NCBI GenBank assembly: GCA_012271225.1
Contig: JAAXGS010000083.1
Location: 1 to 27,953 of the forward strand
Length of the DNA stretch: 27,953 nt
Source of the DNA: Dehalococcoidia bacterium
GTDB taxonomy: Bacteria > Chloroflexota > Dehalococcoidia > UBA6926
Direction of reading: 5' to 3'
In this document: piece after piece, positions 1 to 8,400 of the stretch
Position numbering within the stretch: the first letter of the stretch is position 1
Layout of the letters: the number at the start of each line of letters is the position of its first letter
Made by a program: the position numbers and the translations under genes
Notes under the pieces: generated by a model
What the model was told of the DNA's origin: nothing
The model's input: only the letters and a program-made list of their open reading frames with translations
The model's database searches: none

Positions 1-37
1 GTTGCACCCGGCCTGAGGGTCAGGTGAGGATTGAAAC
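1..37 (+). CRISPR. Single CRISPR direct repeat, probably the terminal repeat of an array truncated by the window edge
   Basis: GTTGCACCCGGCCTGAGGGTCAGGTGAGGATTGAAAC: 37 nt, 5' GTTGCA, canonical 3' ATTGAAAC, internal stem CACC-C-GGCC/TGAG/GGTC-A-GGTG with one C.A mismatch. From recall it closely resembles the Thermus type I-C-associated repeat GTTGCACCGGCCCGAAAGGGCCGGTGAGGATTGAAAC. No second copy downstream. Confidence 0.75.
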
Positions 38-223
38 GCGGAGTGACTGTCAATCAGGGGAGCGGGCGGATTCGCGCCGATGGCCTCAACCCCCACGTGC
101 TTGAGCCCTCCACGCGGTCGGAGCGGGAGCGTGCTTCTTCTGCGGCGCAGTCCTTACAGAGCCACTCGTACGCGCCACCCTCAAACAGGGCGGCGCAACT
201 CTCGCAACGGAGTATCGCCATCG

Positions 224-472
224 TTACCCCCTATGCACAATTATAAGCCGACAGAGTGCGGCGGCAATGAGACCGATGAGACCTGTGAGCACAAGGGCGC
301 TATTTATCTCCCAGAGTATAGCACCCCCGAGAACAAGGAGCGCGAGGATGATGAGAATCGCGCATCCGCACAAAAGCCCCTTCGCGTCCTGCCTGAACTC
401 CCAAGCCGCGCGTGCTTGCCGCTCCCTGCGCTCTCTGCGCCATTGCGCCTCGCGCGTGTCCTTGTCGGTCAT
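224..472 (-). CDS. Small hypothetical membrane protein (82 aa, Arg-rich N-terminus + 2 TM helices)
   Basis: AAGGAG RBS upstream of the ATG; two hydrophobic stretches (LLCGCAILIILALLVLGGAILW, ALVLTGLIGLIAAALC). Confidence 0.7.
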   Translation of the reverse strand: MTDKDTREAQWRRERRERQARAAWEFRQDAKGLLCGCAILIILALLVLGGAILWEINSALVLTGLIGLIAAALCRLIIVHRG

Positions 473-525
473 AACAGAAATCCCCGCTCCTTATTTTTCT
501 GCCGCAAACCCGCAAGCGTCAGCGT

Positions 526-555
526 GTGGTTCCCCCGCACACGCGGCGATGCCCG
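526..555 (+). repeat. Solitary degenerate type I-E-like CRISPR repeat enclosed by a 9-bp inverted repeat (517-525/574-582)
   Basis: GTGGTTCCCCCGCACACGCGGCGATGCCCG vs type I-E consensus GTGTTCCCCGC-N4-GCGGGGATGAACCG; flanks CGTCAGCGT and ACGCTGACG. Confidence 0.45.
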
Positions 556-619
556 CGTGCCCATTCCCTGCGGACGCTGACGATGGCCTCGGACTGGTAG
601 GGGCGGAGGGCAACAACCT

Positions 620-1168
620 TTATGCGGCTTGCAGGGCATTGATTATGAGGGATGCCTCGTGCCTAGAGAGTCTTTGGAGTGGTCTATTGCCGAGCAGGTC
701 GCGTCGAATGACAGGTGCTGCCTCCTTCTTTCGTCTCATAAGTCCAGCGATGTAGTTGATTTGCTTCTTTGTGGCTGGTTGCGGGAGTGGTTCCAGGTGG
801 GGGGCAGTTTTTGGCGCCCCGCGTGTAGCCGCCCGCTTAAGAAGGTCTATGATATCGGTTACGGTTCGTGACGGTTCGTCGTTGTAGGCCATGGCGCGCG
901 GCGGCTGCATGCCGTCTTCCGCGAGTTGCTCGACGATCCGCTGGACGGCGGCGCGGCTGGTTGTGTGATGCGGAGCTACGGCCTGAATGGCGCCAAGCAA
1001 GGAAAAGCGGACGGCGCCTGCCTTTTTGGGGGATACCCGCTTGCCCTCTTCGTTCTGTGCCCGCATATGCTGTATCCACCCCGTATATTCGAGGAGTCGG
1101 GCGGCATCGATCAAGGCAGTGGCGCACGCGGTCGTGCTGGCTGGGTTGTTGTTGTGTCCGCGCGTCAT
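620..1168 (-). CDS. Phage-like hypothetical protein: DUF6197-like N-terminal domain fused to a DUF3072-like C-terminal motif (182 aa)
   Basis: AARLLEYTGWIQ...FSLLGAI...AYNDEPSRTVTDIIDLLKRAA matches the recalled DUF6197 pattern; C-terminal PATKKQINYIAGL...LSRHEASLIINAL matches the AT.KQ..YI..L / L...EAS.LI..L motif. A strong promoter abuts the ATG. Confidence 0.7.
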   Translation of the reverse strand: MTRGHNNNPASTTACATALIDAARLLEYTGWIQHMRAQNEEGKRVSPKKAGAVRFSLLGAIQAVAPHHTTSRAAVQRIVEQLAEDGMQPPRAMAYNDEPSRTVTDIIDLLKRAATRGAPKTAPHLEPLPQPATKKQINYIAGLMRRKKEAAPVIRRDLLGNRPLQRLSRHEASLIINALQAA

Positions 1169-1174
1169 TGCGGC

Positions 1175-1183
1175 ATTTTATCA
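1175..1183 (-). promoter_or_regulatory. Extended -10 promoter, leaderless transcript for 620..1168
   Basis: Minus strand reads TG-A-TAAAAT-gccgca-ATG; the ATG is 6 nt after the -10 and there is no nearby SD. Confidence 0.6.
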
Positions 1184-1260
1184 CGGGGTTCTTCCCCCTC
1201 GTCCTCCTCGGCGTCGTCTCCCCCTAGAACTCGAAGAGGTTTAGAGGCCGTCTGATAATG

Positions 1261-1450
1261 TCAGGCACTGTTTACCGTCCTCTCTTCCTGCGTGGTACTG
1301 AGTGCCTTGCGCATCACCTGAATGATCTGTGCGATTCACGTCGTTGTATGCAGTTAAGGATGCGCGGGATGCGCTCGAACTTGTTGCCATCGCGGGGAAC
1401 AGCCAGCAGCGTGGCGACTGCCGCAGCGTGAACTCTAATTCCTGTCTGGT
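1261..1450 (-). pseudogene. Possible frameshifted remnant paralogous to the DUF6197-like domain
   Basis: Stitching three minus frames gives HAAAVATLLAVPRDGNKFERIPRIL / TAYNDVNRT / QIIQVMRKALS, parallel to RAAVQRIVEQLAEDGMQPPRAM / AYNDEPSRT / DIIDLLKRAA of the neighbouring gene. Needs two frameshifts. Confidence 0.3.
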
Positions 1451-1559
1451 GAGAGGAACGAAGTTTCCCTTTCAGGTTGTCAGCGTGGGTTCTCGACGTT
1501 GCTCTACGACCACACCGTGAATTATGAGTCCTGCAGAACCTCTCGGCGGACCACTTGGG

Positions 1560-1997
1560 TCACGGGGCGATTGGATCCCGAGTCCTGAGTTCCGGGAACA
1601 ATGAGAAATCGCGGTCTCGCGTCAGGAGCGCCTCCGCTCCGTGGGCCACACATAATGCCGCTATCCTGGCATCGTGCACCACTCCGCCAATCACTAGCGG
1701 CCGCTGGATGAAACGCTCCAATATTTCAAGAAAATCCTCGGTCTCTCCGATCAACTGCAATGACGGGGAAGCAGTCCAAGCGGCGAGCTGCCGCCACGAT
1801 TGCTCCGGACTCGTGACGCTGTCCCTCCAGATGCGGGGGTTGGTCACCACGCTGAGGAACTCATAGCAGCATGGCCAAGGAATGGCCCAGGCATCAGCGC
1901 CTTCCGCCAATCCCCGTATGACCGCCGCCGCCGATTCGTGGTGCCTTGATTCGCGCCGATGCGCATACACCAGCAGGTTGGTGTCGACGGCTATCAT
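1560..1997 (-). CDS. vapC: VapC-family PIN-domain ribonuclease toxin
   Basis: MIAVDTNLLVYA...CYEFLSVVTNPR...VHDARIAAL...LLTRDRDF PIN acidic motifs; 1-nt TGATG overlap with the upstream antitoxin. Confidence 0.92.
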   Translation of the reverse strand: MIAVDTNLLVYAHRRESRHHESAAAVIRGLAEGADAWAIPWPCCYEFLSVVTNPRIWRDSVTSPEQSWRQLAAWTASPSLQLIGETEDFLEILERFIQRPLVIGGVVHDARIAALCVAHGAEALLTRDRDFSLFPELRTRDPIAP

Positions 1998-2242
1998 CAG
2001 GTTTCAGGCTCTCCGTAGATGATCTCCCGAAGATCCTGCCAGGAGTACGTCTCGAGAGGGTCTCTCCCTCCGGCCTCGCCCACGCTGTGGTCGCGCAAAA
2101 CGTAGCGTTCGCGTGAGATTGGGGTCGAGAGCACTTGCCGCAGCCCTTCCTCGACGACGGCGCGCAACGGGCGCCCCGTTCTCTTCGCGTGCCGCTTCGC
2201 GCGGTTGAGCAATTCGTCCTGGATGTCGAGTGTTGTTTTCAT
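1997..2242 (-). CDS. vapB: VapB-type antitoxin (DUF2191-like RHH), 81 aa
   Basis: MKTTLDIQDELLNRAK...LRAVVEEGLRQVL RHH pattern; start reassigned to the ATG at 2242, just after a sigma70 promoter; coupled to vapC. Confidence 0.85.
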   Translation of the reverse strand: MKTTLDIQDELLNRAKRHAKRTGRPLRAVVEEGLRQVLSTPISRERYVLRDHSVGEAGGRDPLETYSWQDLREIIYGEPET

Positions 2243-2244
2243 AA

Positions 2245-2278
2245 TGCCCATACTAGCCATATCGCTATTACTGGGCAA
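2245..2278 (-). promoter_or_regulatory. vapBC sigma70 promoter with overlapping imperfect inverted repeat (likely autoregulatory operator)
   Basis: TTGCCC (2273-2278) -17 nt- TAGTAT (2250-2255) -7 nt- ATG; inverted repeat TGCCCA-tac-TAGC...GCTA-ttac-TGGGCA at 2245-2277. Confidence 0.65.
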
Positions 2279-2429
2279 GCCATACGGGAACCGGGCGGCA
2301 GAGATTCCCGCGTGAGGTGCGGGTGTCTCTGCGCTGCAGTGCCGGACAGGTAAGAGAAGTGAGCGGGTGAGCGGAGTCTCTCTGGCGCCAACGCCCTAGC
2401 CTTGTCGGCTGCGCTTCTTGCCCACGGTG

Positions 2430-5400
2430 TCAGGTTCTGCGGGGGAAGCCCAGCAGCCAGGCGATCGCCGCTGCTGCCACCAGGACCGTGACGCCAATCG
2501 CCACCAACAGCAGCGGGTTCGTTCCTGCCGCAGGCGGCTGTATTGTTGGCGTCGGTGTGGGCGTGGGGGTCGTCGTCACAGTGGCGGTCACCGTCACGGT
2601 CGCCGTGGCTGTGGCCGTCGCAGTTGCTGTCGAGGTTGGTGTGGCGCTTGCCGTCAGCGTCGGCGTGACCGTTGGCGATGGCAACGGACTTGGAGTCGGC
2701 GTCAGCGTCGGTGTTGGCGCCGGCGTCGGTGAGGGTGTCGGCGACGGGCTCGGTGTTGGCGACGGTGACGGCGTTGGCGTGGGGGTAGCTGTAGGCGTCG
2801 GTGACGGGCTCGGCGTTGGTGACGGCGTCGCTGTTGGCGTGGGGGTCGGTGACGGCGTCGGCGTCGGTGACGGAGTGGGCAGCGGGGGGAGGATGATGCC
2901 GGGTGTCGTCGTTCCAATCGGCCGTGGCGTGCGTATTGGCCGCGGCGTGGATGTTGGGATAACGGTGGGCTGCGGTGTTGGCGTTACCGCCGGCCGCGGC
3001 GTGGGAATCAGCCGTGTCATGCCGCTGCTGGGGGATGACCAGTCACTCAGCCCCTCATCGTTCTCCGCCCGCACCCTCGCCTCATAGCGTGTGACGGGGT
3101 CCAGCCCGGTGAGCATGGTGGTGTTCAGCGTGCTGATGACGCTGCTCTCCCAGTTCCGCCACGCGCCCGAGCCGACCTCACGGTATTGCACCTCGTAGTC
3201 GGAGACGGGCGGGCGCCCCGTGTTGTCTCGCGGCATCCATGTGACGCGCAGGCTGTAGGCCGTCGCATAGTTCACGTGCGGCGGGGCCAGCCGCAACGGC
3301 CGCTCATTGAGATCCACGATCTCGATTGTGACCGTGATGGTGTCGTCCGCGGAGAGGTCCTCGATGCCGTACACGGCTCGGCCATCGGTCACGTGCACAT
3401 CGACCTCATAGCTCTCCTTGCTTTCAAAGTCCAGCGGGGCGAAGGTCAGGAGGGATCCGTTTGACGGATTGAGGCGGAAGAACTCCATATCCGGGCCGGA
3501 CAGGCTGTACGTCAGCCTGTCCGCAGTCTCCGGATCCGTTGCGGAGACAGGCATCCCGATCGCCGCCCCCGCCACCGTGTTCTCCTCCACGGAGCGGGTT
3601 GTGTGCGCGCCCTCATCGAACGTCGGCACGCGGTTGGGAATCAGCACGGGTGTCACCGCGCTGACGCTCTTGCCGCTGCCGTGATTGTCTGTGTAGAACC
3701 CGGTGGCGCGCACAAAGTGCCCCACGTCATCCACCGTGAGCGTGTACATCGCCTGATCCGCCCCGGTGATGGCGGTCCACGTGCCTGTCATGAGTGTAGA
3801 GTCGTAGTCCGGTGACCGTTCCCACAGCCATGTGACGGCGGTGACGCCGCCGTCGATGTCGCTGATTGTGGCGGTCAACTCCGTCTCCACCAGGAACTCG
3901 AGGGGCGCCAGGCTCGCCGCCCCGGGCTCGTCCTCGTTGATGATCTGGATAGTCACCGTGATGGTGGCGTCAATCGCGGCGTCAGCGCTGTCGTCAGGGC
4001 CCTTTCCGTCGCTGACGCGCACGTCCACCGTATAGCTGCTCCGGGCTTCATAGTCAAAGACGGCGGCGGTCTCCAGCCGTCCGCTGTCCGGCACAATACC
4101 GAAGTGCGCCGCGTCCGCCCCGCCCAGGCTGTAGGTGAGCGTGTCAGCATCGGCGTCCACGGCAGCAACGGGCGAATCAAAGGGGCTGCCAAGGATCAGA
4201 TTCTCCGAGACAGAGCGGGTGGCGGTTGCGCCGTCAGTGAACACTGGCGGCTCATTCGGCAGGGGTGTGCTGCCTGATTCGGTGACTGACCATGCGCCCG
4301 TGCCCTCATCATTGGTGGCGCGGACCTGGATGCTGTACAGAGTGTTCACAGTCAGCCCTGTGACGGTCACGCTGCGATCCGTAATCGTCATGCCGCTCTG
4401 CCATTCAATCCAGGAGGCGGCCGGTTTCGGCCCCGTAATCCGCACAACATAATCCGTGCCGTCAGTGAGGGAGGTGGCCCCGGCGGCCAGCGGCCAGCGC
4501 GCCTGTTCAGAGAGCGGATTTTCCGCATCCGCAAATGCGTACTGCGCGCCGTTCAAATGAAGCGCAAGAGCATCAAAAAGACTCACGTCCTGTGACTGAA
4601 TGACCGCAAACGTCACATAGCCCTGATCGTCCTCGACCAGGGTCTGAATGGTGTACTCGACGCCCTCATACATGAATGTTTCGGGTGAGAGTGAACCCTG
4701 GGCGGATCCCTGACCGGCAAATCCCGTTGTTGTACCGGACAATTGCGCCGTCATCGTGCCGCAGTAGGTATCGATATTTTCACAATCTGCGGGCAGCGGA
4801 TCCGGCGACGTGAGCAGGGGAGTCTCCCCGTAGCGCACATCGTAGTCCGTGATGGGCGGGCCGGTGTTGTCTGGCTCAGACCACTCAATCGTCAGGCTGG
4901 TCTTGCTGGGCGCAGTGACCGTGACCGTGTCCGGGTCTGACGGCGCCTCGCTGTCATCGTCCGTGACCGTCACGTTCACCGTAATGGTGTCCGTGATTCC
5001 GACGGGATCAGTGACGATGACAATAAAGGTCAGGGACGGCGCGGTCTCAAAGTCGAGGGTGGCGTCATCGGCCACGGACAGCGCGCCGGCGTCGATGGTG
5101 AACAGAGCCGCGTCCTGCCCGCTCAGGTCCCAGGTGAAGGTGTCATAGCCGCCGGAGGTGAGGGCCAGGGTGTGAATGACTCCCGTTGTGTTCTCCTGCA
5201 CCTCAACGTCGACCTCATCCTCGAAGTCTTCGATGATGGGCGGAGTGCGGCCGGGTTCCGACCATTCGCCTGTTCCCTCAGCATTGGTGGCGCGGACCCG
5301 CGCCTCATAGTCCGTTCCCACGGTCAGGCCGGTGATGACCGTGTTTGTGCTCGTGCCGTCATGGGCCACGGCCATCCAGGTCGTCGTGCCAACCTCACGG

Positions 5401-8400
5401 TAGTGTACGTCAAAGTCCGTGATGGGCGGGCCGGTGTTGGTCGGCCGCTCCCACTCAAGGGCCAGCTGGGCGGGGTCGCCGCGCAGCTGGGTTGGCGCGT
5501 CCGGCTTTCCCGGCGGTTCATCGACGTCACCCACGTTGATACGAACGGTGAATGACTCCGTTGTCTTGCCGTCCGTCACCGTTCCGGTGAGGACCCAAGC
5601 GTTGTTGTGGGCGGAGGACAGCATCGGGTCCTCATGGTTCAGCGAGGCAAGAGCCACAATTCTGCCGGTGCTAACGCCCAGGCTGAACAGATTTCTGCCA
5701 AAGCCGGTCAGACCGAATGTGAGAGTGTCGCCGTCTGCATCAGTGGCAGACATATAGCCCACCTCCGTGTTGGCGGGCAGGTTCTCCGTCACGGTGAACT
5801 CCATCGGATCGCTTGCGGGGACGGGCGCGCTGTTTTCATCGTCATCCACGACGGTGACATGGACGGAAGCCGTCAACCCGTCATACTCGCTTGGGCCGGT
5901 GGCCGTGTGCGTGATGGTTGTGGTGCGTTGGTCGCGATCGATGGGCGCGAACGGATGGTCATCGTCCTGATCGTCGTCCACGGCGGTCACCGTCACGGTC
6001 TGGGGCGTATTCCAGTTGTCCGGCGTGAAGGTCATGGACGCGGGCGAGACCGTGATGATGTCCTCACCGACGTAGGACGGGTTCGCCACGATGGAGACAG
6101 TCACAGCGGAGCTTGGCTGTCCGTAGGGACGGATGGTGTATGTCCGGCTGTGGCTCGTGCCGGCGGCCTCCGTCACGGAGAGGGAGGTCCGTGAGACGAC
6201 CAGCCGCGGTTCATCATCATCCACAATCGTCAGCAGCCGATAGGGCGGGAACAGGGATCTCTGCGTCGCGTCAGCAACGGCGGACACGGTGAGCGTCTTA
6301 TCCCCCGTGTGCACCGAGTTATTCACCGCGGTCACGGTCACTCCATCCGCGGCGGGGGTCCTGGTGAGGCCCGCCGGGACCCGGACGACGTTCACCGCCC
6401 TGTCGGGTGACACAGTGAAATCGGCGGCGACCGCCGGCGGCAAGGGCAAAATGGAGAACTCGTATTCAATATCCCAGTCTGAGGGGCGATCAAGCCGCAG
6501 CCGGATCGTCGTGGAGCCGCGCGCCTCATTGATCTCGCCATTCATGGAGAACGTTGCCCGGGGGAGCGGATCGTCATCGATCACAGAAATCGGCAGGGAG
6601 TTCACGATGCTTTCGCCGTCCACGGTGTGGAGGATCTCCCAAGTACGCGGAGCGTTGTCGATTCTGTTGTCCACGCCGCTGACGGTGATCGTTTGGGGTG
6701 TGGCCCAGTTCGCCGGCGTGAAGGTGAGTGTTGTCGGTTCAAAGGTCACGGGGTCCGGACGGTCGGTGGAGAGGGTGATGGTTTCCGGCTCCACGGGCAG
6801 AATGGTGAGCCAGGCAGTGGCCGTTTGAGGTGTGTCCCAGTTCGCCGACGTGAATGTGAGTGTTGGAGGGTCAAAGGTGAGGGGGACGGGACTCTTGGGG
6901 GACAGTGTTATGGAGACCTGCTCCGAGGGTTCACTGGCAAGTTGAACGTTGACCGTTTGGGGCGTGCTCCAGTCATCCGGCGTGAAGGTGAGCGTTGGCG
7001 GCTCAAAGGTGGCGGGTGACGGAGGGCTGGACAGGGTGACGGAAACCGGGTCTGAGGGCTCACCGGCAAGCCGGACGGTGTAGGTGCTCACACCGTCATC
7101 AGGATTCTCCTGAACGTTCAGCCTTTGCGGCGCCAGGACCACGCCCCGCGTATAGCCTTCCGTCCTGCCGCTGCCGCTCTCCGACCAGGCATTTGTCCCG
7201 TCACGGCTCAGCGCGCGCACCTGCGCTTGATAGAGGGTATCCGGGTTCAGGCCGGTGAGGGTCGCCATGGTGTCCGTGCTGTTGTGCCCGGCGTCCGTCC
7301 AGTCTCCGGATGGACGGGAGCGGTAGCGCAGGTCATACTCCGTGATGCTCGGGCCGGGGTTATCCGGCGCTGTCCAGGTCACGCGCAGGCTGTCCCGGGA
7401 GAGGGGAATGACCGTTGGCCGGTTAACGCGGCCGGGCGGCTCCACGGCGTTGAGGATCGTCACCTCAAGCCCCACCCGGCCTGTCCGGCCGGATTCATCG
7501 ATTGCGATCAACGTCATGCTGTACAGCGTCTTGCCGGATTCATAGTCGATCGCGGCATCGTCCCGGGCGAACAGGCTGGCGCGCGTGTCAGTGTCCGCAA
7601 CAACGGTGAACGCGGCGCCGTCCTCTCCAATCAGCCCCCACGTGATGCGCTCACTCTGGTCCGGCCTGTCAGCGACCAACACTTCCAGCCTGTTCTCTCT
7701 ATCCCAGTCCTCCTCCATAGTCTCGGTGATGGGATCCGTGAAGATGCGCTGCGAGAAGAGATAGAAGCTGTAGATGACCGGAACGGGGGCGGGGATGCGC
7801 ACGGTGTACGTCCCGCCGTCACTGAAGACGGCCTCCGTCACCGTCCATTGTCCGTTGCTCGCCACATCCATCGCGTGGGTTGCGTCACTGAAGGGGAAGG
7901 CGGCATCGCCAATGTGCAGGGTGAGGGCGTCCAGACTGTCAACGGTGGTCTGGGCGTCCAGATCAAGATTGAGCAGGTTGTCGCCGGGCACATAGGTCAG
8001 CGTTCCAATTTCGTACTGCGTCGAGTCGTACGTGAACTGCGCGGGCGAGAGGGAGCCAAAGGACAGGCTGGCCTGATCATCGCTGTGCCAGCCGATGGCT
8101 GAACTGTCGCTATTGACGCCGGCGGTCAGCGTTGCGCAGAAGACATCGGTTGGCAGACACGCGGACGGCGTGCCGGTGGCGGTTGCGGACCATGCGCCCT
8201 CGCCCTCATTGTTTCTGGCGCGCACCCGCACGGTGTATTCCGTGTCCGCCGTCAGGCCGGTGATGATGGCGAACACTTCTCTGCTGTCCGTGTCGTCCGA
8301 TGTCCATGTGGTCCAGTCCCCCGCGTCATCGCAGCCGGTGGAGCTGTCACAGTACTGAACGTCATAGCCGTCAATGGCGGGCTTGCCCTGATTGTCCGGG

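Noticed and set aside
38-72. Self-targeting of the putative spacer to the RBS of 224..472 (shared GGAGCGGG), CreTA-style
   Set aside because: An 8-nt match in GC-rich DNA is expected by chance, and it is not at the PAM-proximal seed.
73-109. Possible degenerate second CRISPR repeat one spacer length after 1-37
   Set aside because: Only about 10/37 matches (mainly GGCCT); no hairpin or ATTGAAAC end.
172-196. Hairpin GCGCC-a-CCCT/caaac/AGGG-c-GGCGC whose reverse complement starts GTTGCGCC and contains TGAGGGT, like the repeat at 1-37
   Set aside because: No repeat-like 3' end; more simply a terminator-like hairpin after the 82-aa gene, and it lacks a U-tract, so not called.
556-573. 18-nt segment after the I-E-like repeat shares TGCCCAT with the vapB promoter
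   Set aside because: 7-nt match with mismatched first positions; not significant.
78-590. 10-bp direct repeat CGATGGCCTC (78-87, 581-590) flanking the small membrane gene
   Set aside because: A single 10-mer match over ~600 nt is plausible by chance; no other mobility signs.
2298-2332. Hairpins after gene ends (2298-2332, 10187-10207, 22106-22124) as intrinsic terminators
   Set aside because: Stems exist but none has a U-tract; unsupported in a GC-rich background.
2488-3087. 199-aa (GV)n ORF and the many other ORFs overlapping real genes
   Set aside because: Antisense or alternate-frame shadows of well-supported CDSs in high-GC DNA.
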